Shown here: piece after piece, positions 30,339-40,078 of the stretch
Numbering within the stretch: the stretch's first letter is position 1
Layout: each line of letters begins with the position of its first letter
From: an uncultured Bacteroidales bacterium
GTDB lineage: Bacteria > Bacteroidota > Bacteroidia > Bacteroidales > VadinHA17
Assembly: GCA_963789985.1 (NCBI GenBank)
Contig: CAWBNA010000019.1
Location: 464,464 to 528,463 of the forward strand
Length of the DNA: 64,000 bases
Reading direction: 5' to 3'
Program-made: the position numbers and the translations under genes
The notes under the pieces: model-generated
Told to the model about the DNA's origin: nothing
Databases searched by the model: none
Seen by the model: only the letters and a program-made list of their open reading frames with translations

Positions 30339-30352
30339 GAAACAGAATAGAA

Positions 30353-31330
30353 ATGGAATTAATAAATGTACAAAATAGCATCATGCCTGATGAAGCAAAG
30401 GTTGTCGAAACTTCTGACAATAGGTTCATCCTGGCTAATACGGAGCCGATTTCTTATGGCGACCTGAAGCATAAGTGCATCATTCCTGTCTTCAGTAAAG
30501 ACAATGAGAGTACTATTTCACATTCAGAGTTCATTGATGCAGTTGGACTAGCTGTTGATAAATTCTTTTCTGCAGAGGATATACTTCATCCAGCAATAAG
30601 AATTTCACATCCAATCAAGGGGCGTATTCCTGAAGCTATGGGGAAACCTGCTGAATTATTGCTTGAACAGGAGAAGACGATTTACTACGAGAGATGTGCT
30701 TTCCTTTATGAAGTGCCTTCAATCTATTCTCTGGTGAATGGTAATAAACTTTCACTGTCAATTGGAGGAGTAAGAGCTTACAATAGCGAGAATCTTTACG
30801 GAAAGAAAACCGAGGAACATTTCAAGGTCTTCATAGGATTCAAAAATCATGTGTGCATTAATTTGTGTATTTCAACAGATGGCTTCCTTGATGATTTGAG
30901 AGTTATGTCAGTACAGGAGCTTTTTAACAGAGTATTTCAGCTTCTGACAAGATTTGATTCTGAAAGGCAAATCAATCATCTGTCCGCTCTATCAGAATAT
31001 TCTCTTAGTGAGCACGAATTTGCTCAATTAGTGGGTAAATCAAGACTGTATCAATATTTGCCAATTAAGGCAAAGAAAACATTGGATGCTCTAATGCCAA
31101 TCTCAGATACTCAAATTTCAACAGTCGGCAGAGACTATTATCAGGACAAGTCATTCTGTAGGGAAGATTCAGGCGATATTAACCTATGGAAGGTGTATAA
31201 TCTGTTTACAGGAGCTACTAAAAGCAGTTACATAGATACATTCCTTGACAGAAATGTTGCTTCACTGCTGTTCATTAATAGTCTGGTTAGGCACATAAGG
31301 AATGAGAAGCAGTCATGGTTTCTGACATAA
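30353..31330 (+). CDS. hypothetical protein, DUF3871-like (tentative)
   Basis: A 325-aa ORF starting 15 nt after the ATPase gene. The pairing with an AAA ATPase and motifs such as FKVFIGFKNHVCINLC recall the Bacteroidota DUF3871 family. This assignment is from memory only. Confidence 0.45.
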   Translation: MELINVQNSIMPDEAKVVETSDNRFILANTEPISYGDLKHKCIIPVFSKDNESTISHSEFIDAVGLAVDKFFSAEDILHPAIRISHPIKGRIPEAMGKPAELLLEQEKTIYYERCAFLYEVPSIYSLVNGNKLSLSIGGVRAYNSENLYGKKTEEHFKVFIGFKNHVCINLCISTDGFLDDLRVMSVQELFNRVFQLLTRFDSERQINHLSALSEYSLSEHEFAQLVGKSRLYQYLPIKAKKTLDALMPISDTQISTVGRDYYQDKSFCREDSGDINLWKVYNLFTGATKSSYIDTFLDRNVASLLFINSLVRHIRNEKQSWFLT

Positions 31331-31416
31331 GGAAAGCCACATCACATTCTATATTGTGGGCAACCAGATTCTGTAAGCTGAACACACAAAAATTATTATG
31401 TAATCAATTAAATTTT

Positions 31417-31668
31417 ATGAGCAATGAAGAATATCTCAAGGAGCTGTTAAACTGGGTTTCATCTGATAGCCTATTGGTAATTGATAAGAAAGGTCTTCTA
31501 AGACGCATTTACTGCCCATTCTGGGTAGTCTGTCTTGTAGACTTTCCGGATATCAAACAAGGTGACCGGGTCTCTGTAGAAACTGTTAAATTGACTGTAG
31601 AAGTCAAGGAAGTCTATATCATCAGAGGAACGGCATACTACATTCTGTACTTTAAAATCACCATATAG
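31417..31668 (+). CDS. hypothetical small protein (83 aa)
   Basis: The ATG at 31417 (MSNEEYLKELLNW...) lies within listed ORF 31315..31668. No family was recognised. Confidence 0.35.
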   Translation: MSNEEYLKELLNWVSSDSLLVIDKKGLLRRIYCPFWVVCLVDFPDIKQGDRVSVETVKLTVEVKEVYIIRGTAYYILYFKITI

Positions 31669-31769
31669 GATTATGTCTAGCTGCATTTTATTTGCTGTTG
31701 TTATCAGATAGTTCATTTCAACTTTAAAATCTAAAGAACCCCTGAAAATCAACAGTGCAAAAGCCATTC

Positions 31770-31798
31770 ACCAGGTCCCCTAATTATGGGGACTTGGT
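31770..31798 (+). terminator. strong hairpin downstream of 31417..31668
   Basis: ACCAGGTCCCC-TAATTAT-GGGGACTTGGT forms an 11-bp stem including one G-T pair. There is no clear U-tract. Confidence 0.35.
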
Positions 31799-32015
31799 AG
31801 ATTGGTGAAAATAAACTTGACTTGTATTATAGATCTATTGTAACTTTGATAAAGTCAATATAAATACTTCAATCGGTTTTCAAGAATGGTAATAGTGATT
31901 CTGCATTAAATTCATATTAATTCCTTGATATTTTGAGGTTTAAATTTGAAATTTCGACTACTTCGTAACGGAATAACGTAGAAATCATTTTTTGAAATAA
32001 ATTTTTTACACCAAA

Positions 32016-33494
32016 ATGAAAATGAAAACTTTATTGAAATTTTCCATCTTTTTATTAGTAATCAACTTTACTTGTCAAATCCTAATTGCACAAAAAGCAA
32101 GCGATGTATTAGAAAATGGAATTCAAGTGAAGTCTGATGAAAAGTTATTTCTCCAATTTGAAGGTAAAGTACTAAAATATGCACTTGCAAAAAGCTTTCA
32201 AGACTCATCTAATCCGCCTGATTTCATGACTTTAGGTGATTCGGCTATTTTTCTTGTATCAAAGAAGGGAGTTAATGTCTATTTAAAGCCATTAAATCCA
32301 CTTAATTACAGTTTTAGCACTGAAAACAAAATAGTGATCGATCCTATTAATGAAGCGGCCGCAACTGCGATGCAATCTATAATCGATGCTCTTGGAACAG
32401 TTGGTGGTACCCCTACTGGAGTACCTTCTGGAAAAAAAACTAGAGAACATGTAGTAGCTCAACCACAAAATAAAGTATTATGTGAAATATTTCAAGCTTT
32501 ACAAAAAAGAGTTGAATCAATTCAAACCGAATTAATAGATAATAAAAAGATCAGGATTAATGAATTATTTAAGAAGCTTAAGGAACTTGGTTTTGTTGAC
32601 GAAAAGAATACTAGAGATTCCTTAATTAAAATTAAAGCGAGTATTGCTGAAATTGAAAATCATTTTAAAGTAATCGATAAATCAATGATTGAGTTTAAAA
32701 AAGATATTGAAAACTATAATTGCGATTACCCTGATATATTCACTGCCAAATATATCTTTAATTCGATTCTAAAAGAGTTTACAATGACAATAGAAGAGCA
32801 GAAAAAAAGGCTAGAAAACCTCCAAAAAGCATTCGATCTTTGTGAGAAAGCTCAGCAAACAGCAAGCACTGGTGGTGGTGAAGATGGATTGCGATGGTGT
32901 ATAAAACTAGATGAAATTCCATCTTCAGAAGGTAAAATATCTGAGTACACAATTACAATTAAAAAAGGCGGCTATGATATATCAGAAAAAGGGGAAATTG
33001 TAAATATTGAATCTAAGGATGTTTTGAAAAGAACTGTTAAGATCAGAAAATTCCAAAAACTCGTGCCGGAAGTATCCGCAGGTATAGTGTATACTTTTTT
33101 TAGTTACAATACTTATGGAACAACATCCGACTCAACTGGACAACAACATGTGGCTTCTCCTACTAAGAATAAGGTAGCGAATATTAATATTTCAACAATG
33201 ATTAACTGGAATTTTTATAGCCCAAATAGTTTTATTCATCCTTTAATTCAAACTGGCGTCGGCATAAATTCTGGAATTCCATCTTTCCTAGTTGGATGTG
33301 GTCTAAGATTCAGCAATAACGCAAAAAACAGAATAAGAATTACTGGCGGCTTGGCAATGACTTGGACAAAGGAATTAGATAAGCTGAAAGTTGGAGACAA
33401 AGTATCAGGCACAGCAGATATTGATAACGACTTGAAATACAGCGGCTCTCCAAAATTTAGCCCCTATATCGCTTTACAATACAATTTTAAATAA
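32016..33494 (+). CDS. hypothetical secreted protein with central coiled-coil and beta-rich C-terminus
   Basis: A 492-aa ORF with signal peptide MKMKTLLKFSIFLLVINFTCQILIAQ. It has a Lys/Glu-rich helical middle and a C-terminus of beta-barrel-like segments ending YIALQYNFK. Confidence 0.55.
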   Translation: MKMKTLLKFSIFLLVINFTCQILIAQKASDVLENGIQVKSDEKLFLQFEGKVLKYALAKSFQDSSNPPDFMTLGDSAIFLVSKKGVNVYLKPLNPLNYSFSTENKIVIDPINEAAATAMQSIIDALGTVGGTPTGVPSGKKTREHVVAQPQNKVLCEIFQALQKRVESIQTELIDNKKIRINELFKKLKELGFVDEKNTRDSLIKIKASIAEIENHFKVIDKSMIEFKKDIENYNCDYPDIFTAKYIFNSILKEFTMTIEEQKKRLENLQKAFDLCEKAQQTASTGGGEDGLRWCIKLDEIPSSEGKISEYTITIKKGGYDISEKGEIVNIESKDVLKRTVKIRKFQKLVPEVSAGIVYTFFSYNTYGTTSDSTGQQHVASPTKNKVANINISTMINWNFYSPNSFIHPLIQTGVGINSGIPSFLVGCGLRFSNNAKNRIRITGGLAMTWTKELDKLKVGDKVSGTADIDNDLKYSGSPKFSPYIALQYNFK

Positions 33495-34042
33495 TTCAAC
33501 TTGCGAGGAATAAAAAGTTTGTTGTAAGATGAAATAAGAGTGAAGGGTACATTCCATCTGGCAGATATCCTAAGTGGTTGGATTTTTTATTTGAATCACA
33601 TTAATGTTTTTCATAAATTTAACATAAGTCTTAGATCCAATTTTTAATTTCTTGATCTAGCATTTTAGAAATTAATCTTTTAAGTGCATAAAGATTATCA
33701 TTAATTCTTATTAAAAATGAAAAGATTTATCTGGTTAATGAAATCAATAAGGGGTTGATTAATTATAGGGCATGGATTCCCAGGTCTATTATTTTTGATG
33801 TCGAAACTGGAAGGCCATTAAATGATAAGGAAAAAGATGAAGAGTACGTTGTTGCGTTACCTCCTTGGTTCAAACTTAATGTCACCTCAAGATTGCCATA
33901 AAACTACCTTATTTTATATATATGAAGTTAAAAAGATAGACCACGATTATTTTGGGGATGAATAAAATGTTTCAATAAAAAAGTTTTGCAAATAAATAAT
34001 TGGAATTCAAATAAGTAACCGAAATTTTTTAAAAACAAAAAT

Positions 34043-34330
34043 ATGAAAACTGATCGTTACACTAAAACAGTTTTGACCATAATTGCAATTTGTTTAGTAA
34101 TCCTTGTTCTTAAAGGAACAGGCATACTTCAGAGTGTCAATGCCGGCGAGTCCAGTGCAGCAAAACTTAACTACTCTAATTACGGTTTAATACCAGTGAA
34201 TCCTGATGGTTCTATAAATGTCCACATAAAATCGGATCCTTCTAATAATGATGTTTTAGATGTAAATATTGAAACATGTTCTTCAGCTGCTTTTATGAAT
34301 GCTGAACCTATCGAGGTAAAAATTGAATAA
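34043..34330 (+). CDS. hypothetical small membrane-anchored protein
   Basis: A 95-aa ORF with a single N-terminal TM helix (KTVLTIIAICLVILVL). Confidence 0.4.
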   Translation: MKTDRYTKTVLTIIAICLVILVLKGTGILQSVNAGESSAAKLNYSNYGLIPVNPDGSINVHIKSDPSNNDVLDVNIETCSSAAFMNAEPIEVKIE

Positions 34331-34414
34331 CCGATAAATTCCATCAGGAGACGCCGCTTTTTTATTTTCTACTGCTGAACTTGCTTAATGGAATTATCAC
34401 TTGGTATAATAAAA

Positions 34415-34445
34415 TTGATTTTGGTTTAAACAAGGTGTAACTTTG
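34415..34445 (+). promoter_or_regulatory. promoter, TTGAC-N18-TAACTTTG class, upstream of FISUMP lipoprotein
   Basis: The sequence reads TTGAT tttggtttaaacaaggtg TAACTTTG, preceded by TATAATAAAA, 46 nt before the ATG at 34491. Confidence 0.5.
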
Positions 34446-34490
34446 AATATGACCAACTCTGAGAGATATTTAATTCTAAAAAATACTACC

Positions 34491-35804
34491 ATGAAATGCT
34501 TTTTAAAAATCATGATCATTGTTTTTCTTTCCGCAGGTTTTATTGCAACAATTCAGTCCTGTAAGAAGAAAGACACAATACCTTCTGTGACGACTGTGAG
34601 CGTTTCGGGTATTACCCAGACAAGTGCAGTATCGGGAGGTAATGTGACAAGCGATGGAGGAGCTGATGTAACTGCCAAAGGAGTATGCTGGGGAACCTCT
34701 CACAATCCGGCAACAGGCTCTAACGAAACAGACGACGGCAGCGGTACCGGTTCTTTTACCAGTAATTTGACAGGCTTGACGGCAAATACCACTTACTATG
34801 TTCGTGCGTATGCCACCAATAGTCAGGGAACAGGTTATGGAAATGAAGTTACGTTTAATACAAGCCAGATAGCCCTAGCAACTCTTACAACAATAGATGT
34901 GACTGGAATTACACCAACGACAGCATCCTCAGGAGGAGATATTGCAGATGACGGAGGCGGAACAATCACCGCCAGTGGTGTCTGCTGGAGTAATGCGCAA
35001 AATCCGACAATAGCCAATAATTTTACGACAGATGGATCAGAATCAGGCGGCTATTATAGCACCATAACCGGCTTAGCTGCAAACACGACTTATTATGTTC
35101 GAGCCTATGCTACCAACACTGCAGGAACTGCCTATGGGAACCAGGTGAGTTTTACGACCACAGGAATCAGTGCAATTATTTTTAATTCTAATTTGACTTA
35201 TAGCACTGTTTCAGATATTGATGGGAATGTTTATAAGACTATCCAGATTGGCACTCAGACTTGGATGGCAGAAAACCTCAAAACAACTAAATATAATGAT
35301 GGTACTCCTATACCTAATGTCACCGATTTAAGTGCTTGGGACACCCTTGCTTCCCCAGGATATTGCTGGTGCCTTAATAATGCTTCAACATACAAAGCTG
35401 TTTACGGCGCTTTATATAACTGGGATGCAGCAAACATGACAAAATTATGCCCTGCAGGATGGCATGTTCCATCATCTGATGAGTTGAATACATTAGTGAC
35501 GTACCTTGGTGGGGTTGATGTTGCCGGTGGTAAGCTGAAAGAAACCGGTACTACTCATTGGAACAGCCCAAACGGAGATGCCTCAAATGAATCAGGCTTT
35601 ACTGGTCTTCCTGGTGCAGAGCGTGACATTACTAACGACTTTGGAAATGGTACTTGGATTGGCACCTTTGGTAATTGGTGGAGTACGACTTACGCGGATC
35701 CTGTGAGTCACTATGACCTAGAATTGAATTGGGATGATGGTTCGGCTTGGCTTGGTGGTATGCCCAATGGCGAAGGACTTTCCGTTCGCTGTATACAGAA
35801 TTAG
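34491..35804 (+). CDS. FISUMP-domain lipoprotein with two FN3/Ig-like repeats
   Basis: The ATG at 34491 gives MKCFLKIMIIVFLSAGFIATIQSC (lipobox-like Cys). There are two ~85-aa repeats (...GVCW.TSHNP...TANTTYYVRAYATN..GT.YGN.V.F.T). The FISUMP core DIDGNVYKTIQIGTQTWMAENLKTTKYNDG...ALYNW...CPAGWHVPS...GLSVRCI follows. Confidence 0.8.
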   Translation: MKCFLKIMIIVFLSAGFIATIQSCKKKDTIPSVTTVSVSGITQTSAVSGGNVTSDGGADVTAKGVCWGTSHNPATGSNETDDGSGTGSFTSNLTGLTANTTYYVRAYATNSQGTGYGNEVTFNTSQIALATLTTIDVTGITPTTASSGGDIADDGGGTITASGVCWSNAQNPTIANNFTTDGSESGGYYSTITGLAANTTYYVRAYATNTAGTAYGNQVSFTTTGISAIIFNSNLTYSTVSDIDGNVYKTIQIGTQTWMAENLKTTKYNDGTPIPNVTDLSAWDTLASPGYCWCLNNASTYKAVYGALYNWDAANMTKLCPAGWHVPSSDELNTLVTYLGGVDVAGGKLKETGTTHWNSPNGDASNESGFTGLPGAERDITNDFGNGTWIGTFGNWWSTTYADPVSHYDLELNWDDGSAWLGGMPNGEGLSVRCIQN

Positions 35805-35836
35805 TTAAACCATACAGATAATAACTTATAACCAGT

Positions 35837-35866
35837 CCTCGGAATCAGCTCCGGGGGGCTTATTTT
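35837..35866 (+). terminator. intrinsic terminator after FISUMP gene
   Basis: CCTCGG-AATCAGCT-CCGGGG forms a stem with one G-T pair, followed by GGCTTATTTTT. The same module lies downstream of the truncated paralogue on the minus strand at about 55150-55185. Confidence 0.5.
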
Positions 35867-36876
35867 TACTTGATAAATAACCATTCGGGTCTCTCTCTTA
35901 ATCATCCGTCCATCCAAAACCTTTTTAAATAGGACGGACATTTTAATATTGACAAACATCTTTTTTATCCCAGTATATTACTCAGATGCCCACAAATATT
36001 ACAACTAATCATAGATTAATCTTCATATTTGGCTGTAGGATTGTAAACTATTAATTGCCCCCAGACGTCCATTTCAGACGTACCTGATACACATTTACTC
36101 TCAGGGTTTTAGCAACACGCAGCAGCACGAATAACCTTCCGGTATACTGGTCATCGGTTGAGAATTATGTACTCAGAGCCGACGCTTTTATTTATGCTAT
36201 ACTGGTATAGCCCTACTTCCTCCGAAGAGGCTTTATCTCTGTTTTTAGCGAATGCTTCTCCTACATTCTTCAGAACTGTGTCAAAACTGATTCTAGGGCT
36301 TCTTTTATTGTAATCTTTGGAGGGATCTTTTGCACTTTTCTGACAGTACAAAGATAAGCATTAATATATTAATAGCCAAATTTTTACGCGAGGTTTTAGT
36401 TATACCAGAAAACGATTTCTTATTTCACAAATAGAATATTATTGGTCATTCTAAAGGAGGTGATCAAGTAAATGTTTATTCAGAAAACAAAGTTGAATCC
36501 TCTTTACTTAGGGTTTAATCCGGTAAAATATTTCATTATTTTTCATCTCCCTTCCCCAAGGATTGTTTAACTTCCGTTGATTTGTGAAGAGTGAAGATCA
36601 GGCAATAGATACATTTTTTAAGGATACTATGAGAGAAGAATATTATTATTGTGACTGATGGGGCATTGCATTATTAAGATTGAATAATATTGTAGAAATA
36701 AGTATATCACGTCAATGGCAAACTTAACTATATCTGACAAGGGATTTCTTTAAACAGTAAATTTTATACTTCTAAAAATGAGTTATCTGCAATGATATCT
36801 GATTTTCAACTAACTGATAATCAGTGGATAAATTAGTTTAGGTTATAAATTGTCTCAGTTTTAAAATCAAAGTAAT

Positions 36877-37455
36877 ATGGAAAAACTTATGTTCATTCAA
36901 ACTGTTTCAGAGGCAGAGGCTGAGGGCAAGCTCCGCGAGATCTACGAAGGAGACCGAACGAGTCTGGGGTACGTACCTAATCACGCTAAGGTTTTCAGTC
37001 TACGTCCAGAGGTGTTGGAAGCTTGGCGAGCCTTTCAAGGGAGTATTCGAAAAAACCTGAGATTGCGGCCTTATGAGTTGATCACTCTTGCGGCTGCAAT
37101 GGCATTGAAATGCCGATATTGTCTCCTTGCTCATAGCGCAATCTTGATCAAGAATGGGGTTAGCGTGGATCAGTTGCGTAGGATCCTGATAAATTTTTAT
37201 GACGCAGGACTGGAACGAACTGAAGTCGTGATGATGGAGTTCGCGCAGAAAATTATCCGGAACGCCAATGAAATATCACAGACTGATATCGATTCGCTGC
37301 ATGAAGTGGATCTCAAAGACGTCGAAATTCTCGACATTACACTGACAGCAACAATGCGTAGCTTTGCCAGTAAAACATTCGATGCGATGGGAGCGGAACC
37401 AGACTCTGTTTACAACGAATTAGAGCACCAACTAAATGATTTGCTTCCTAAATAG
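36877..37455 (+). CDS. carboxymuconolactone decarboxylase/AhpD-like peroxidase-related protein
   Basis: A 192-aa ORF. The CRYCLLAH motif (CxxCxxxH) is typical of the CMD/AhpD fold. The gene is visibly more GC-rich than its neighbours. Confidence 0.6.
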   Translation: MEKLMFIQTVSEAEAEGKLREIYEGDRTSLGYVPNHAKVFSLRPEVLEAWRAFQGSIRKNLRLRPYELITLAAAMALKCRYCLLAHSAILIKNGVSVDQLRRILINFYDAGLERTEVVMMEFAQKIIRNANEISQTDIDSLHEVDLKDVEILDITLTATMRSFASKTFDAMGAEPDSVYNELEHQLNDLLPK

Positions 37456-37880
37456 TGTAAAACCACTGCACATAACATGGACGATAGTAAGTTGTTTGTC
37501 ACGCTTTTTGCCCCTGCATCCAAGACAAATTCGTAATGGCTGATGAACCCGGACACGCCCATCTGCCCGCAATTAAAATCCTGCACATTGACTAATTTCT
37601 GGCTCCGAGACAACTTATACCGCGACACTGCGCCAGTGACCACAACCAACTTTGTAACCGGGGATAAATTCGGGACTCCGATCAACCTTGTACCTCGACA
37701 CTCGTATAGGTCACAAAACTCGTACCAGGACGGCAAAAACCACGCCGTACCTTCCTTGCACCTTGACAGTTTTATGGCTAAAATACCGGGACCCTATCCG
37801 GCGCTTGCGTCGGGTAACACCTACTAATTTTGTGAGGCTAATTTAGAGGTTAGGGCAAATGAAAATTAATTTCTGTAAAC

Positions 37881-38624
37881 ATGACTGAAATAATTGAACT
37901 ATTCGAGAAAAAAGTATTTGAGATTTATTCAATCGAAAAGTTAACAGCTCTTCAAGACAATGATTACTCTTTTGAAGGAGTAAATGTTCTAGAAATGATT
38001 AGCCTATCAAGGAAATATTCTCTCCCAAATCCGTCTTTCAACGATATGAAACACACATGGGATATAATAAATTGTAATTCAGACTTAAGATATTTTACAG
38101 CGTTGCTCTTCCTCTACAAACCCTTTATTAACAATCCAATTAATGAAAGCGTATATTTTGAGGAACGCCTTCTCTTTACATACTTTCAAAATAGGTATGA
38201 CCATAGATACAGCCAATTTGCGAGTATCTGCTTTGAAAAACTATATAATTATTGTGATAGAATTGGGGACGTATTGGCGAACCGTTATTTCGATAAATTT
38301 CAGAATCCTCAAAATATTTATTTTCCTAAAGTAATCGATAAATTAAGATTAGATAGTAATATTCAGAATGACTCATTTTTTAAAGAAATAATCATTTATC
38401 GAGATAATGAATATAAGGAGCATAATGAAAAAAGAAGAGAAATTGTTCATTATCATCAATTTGAGACAAATTACAGGTATGATTTCACCCTTAATTCAAC
38501 GAATAAAGAAGAAATAACTAAACTTTGGGATTTTAAAAAAAACCTTCCTGAATATTTTAAAAAACAGCTTGATAAATCCAACCAATTGTTTTTAAATACA
38601 TTTAACTTCCTTAATAAAAGATAA
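37881..38624 (+). CDS. HEPN-motif protein (Rx4H: RREIVH), unknown subfamily
   Basis: A 247-aa, very AT-rich, all-helical-looking ORF. RREIVH is encoded at nt 38433-38450. FEKLYNYCDRIGDVL resembles Abi-type HEPN families. No partner gene is apparent. Confidence 0.45.
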   Translation: MTEIIELFEKKVFEIYSIEKLTALQDNDYSFEGVNVLEMISLSRKYSLPNPSFNDMKHTWDIINCNSDLRYFTALLFLYKPFINNPINESVYFEERLLFTYFQNRYDHRYSQFASICFEKLYNYCDRIGDVLANRYFDKFQNPQNIYFPKVIDKLRLDSNIQNDSFFKEIIIYRDNEYKEHNEKRREIVHYHQFETNYRYDFTLNSTNKEEITKLWDFKKNLPEYFKKQLDKSNQLFLNTFNFLNKR

Positions 38625-38884
38625 TTGCTATAACACGGCAATGCTATGAAGAGCATGGTCCCGGGTCAGATCAAATTTGTACACGTACTTTTAAAACTGT
38701 TCAATGCTTCGTTCATTCTGGCTGGTCCCAGGACTCTACCCTGATTCAGATTTTCTGCTCCAGCCTCCATTCACTCAGCAACATTTTCTTGCTTTATTGC
38801 CGAGCCTTTAGACGTCATGCCAAACTGCGACTGCGTTACTGAAAAATGAAAATTGAAATGATTACGACATTCTAAAACGATATT

Positions 38885-39550
38885 ATGCCAATCCCAGGTA
38901 AAACAATTTTCGGACCTCATCTGACTGAGCCTAGATCAGTTGATTTTGGAGAAGTTCGCCAAATTTCTGATGATGGTTTAAAACTTAACTATCTAAAACT
39001 GAGGCTTGAAACTTTTCTCATTAGTCAAATAAATCCTATTTCGGATAGAAATAAAGTTTACTCACCATTTCCATTAACTGTGCTGACATGCACAGCAGTT
39101 GAAACCTTAGGGCGTGTTGTCTTTCCGGTTGCAGAATTTGAAAAAGATAGTAAAAAGAGCAAGGAAATCTCAAAAATTGTCTCTGTTCCCATTTATGCTA
39201 TGCTTGACAAAAAGCTTTCGAGACAATTAACAAAAGAATTTAAAAAATTAATGGGCGAAAAATGGCCTAATGAAAACATTAAAAACATTTCAAGCTATGC
39301 GGAACTTTTTCATAGTTATTTAAGGAATTCATTTATTCATGGATATAGAGTAAAAAATGTTCTTTTAAGCGCAGAATTAGAATCTGGATGGGATTTAATT
39401 GATGGTTCGTTAGTAATTAATCCATACTGGTTTTGGGATCAGTATAAGCAAGTATTTAATAAATGTTTTGATAAAGTATTTGATAATAAAAAGAAGAATA
39501 ATTCATATAAGAAGAATGCTTTAGAGTTCTTTAACAGACTGATAAATTAA
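38885..39550 (+). CDS. HEPN-motif protein (RNxxxH: RNSFIH)
   Basis: A 221-aa ORF. ELFHSYLRNSFIHGYR (nt 39323-39340 encode RNSFIH) fits the canonical HEPN RNxxxH endoRNase motif. Confidence 0.5.
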   Translation: MPIPGKTIFGPHLTEPRSVDFGEVRQISDDGLKLNYLKLRLETFLISQINPISDRNKVYSPFPLTVLTCTAVETLGRVVFPVAEFEKDSKKSKEISKIVSVPIYAMLDKKLSRQLTKEFKKLMGEKWPNENIKNISSYAELFHSYLRNSFIHGYRVKNVLLSAELESGWDLIDGSLVINPYWFWDQYKQVFNKCFDKVFDNKKKNNSYKKNALEFFNRLIN

Positions 39551-40069
39551 TATACACTAACGCTCAGCAACGTATATAACCAATTGCTGGCTGAGGGTTT
39601 GCTAAGGACTACTCTTTTGGTTACTTTGTACTAACTCGACCACAGAGCACCCTGAATACGCAACTGGTCATACCCGCGAACGTTGGATGTAATTTAAAAT
39701 GAACAACTACTATAAAAATAAGCTTAATGATTTTTTCAATGATTTGAGTAAAAAACTGAAAAGTAAGGCTATTCTAAATAAAAAGGATATAAAAAGTCTT
39801 TTCCTAAGCACACTGGATTTGCATAATATTCCTTATCCTGCTTCAGAAATTGAGGAATTCTTTTTACATCCAAAAATAGTTGCGGACTTATTGATTGAGT
39901 TAATAAATAACGATTATTTAACACCCGATGATAGGTTTAAATTATATCCAACGTTTACTGAAATCCGTAAGAAATTAAGGAAACCGAAATCTTCTTATTC
40001 TTACAAGTTAAGAGTTCTTGCACCAGGGGGATTATATCCTAATCTTGAAATAAAGAGAGGATATTCAAG

Positions 40070-40078
40070 ATATTTTAT
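40070..40078 (+). repeat. target-site duplication (left) of IS4-family element
   Basis: ATATTTTAT, identical to 41507-41515. Confidence 0.85.

Noticed and set aside
36151-36351. A 66-aa minus-strand ORF in the ORF-poor part of the island.
   Set aside because: It has only a TTG start and no recognisable motif, and it is surrounded by decayed sequence. It may be a gene fragment but there is no support.
37410-37827. ORFs 37543..37827(+) and 37410..37736(-) in the GC-rich tail after the AhpD-like gene.
   Set aside because: They overlap each other on opposite strands, one overlaps the AhpD-like gene's 3' end, and neither has recognisable motifs. Open frames are expected by chance in GC-richer DNA.
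37456-39698. Integron-like cassette array. The spacers after the HEPN ORFs contain ..TAAC shortly after the stop and GTTRRR-like strings before the next start, for example GTTAGGG, GTTGGAT and the CTCAGC...GCTGAG stem at 39563-39603.
   Set aside because: There is no IntI-type integrase or attI. The spacer lengths (148-425 bp) mostly exceed typical attC sizes. The putative R''/R' pairs are poorly complementary (CACTAAC versus GTTGGAT). The idea is kept only as a 'cassette-like' remark pending an attC covariance-model scan.
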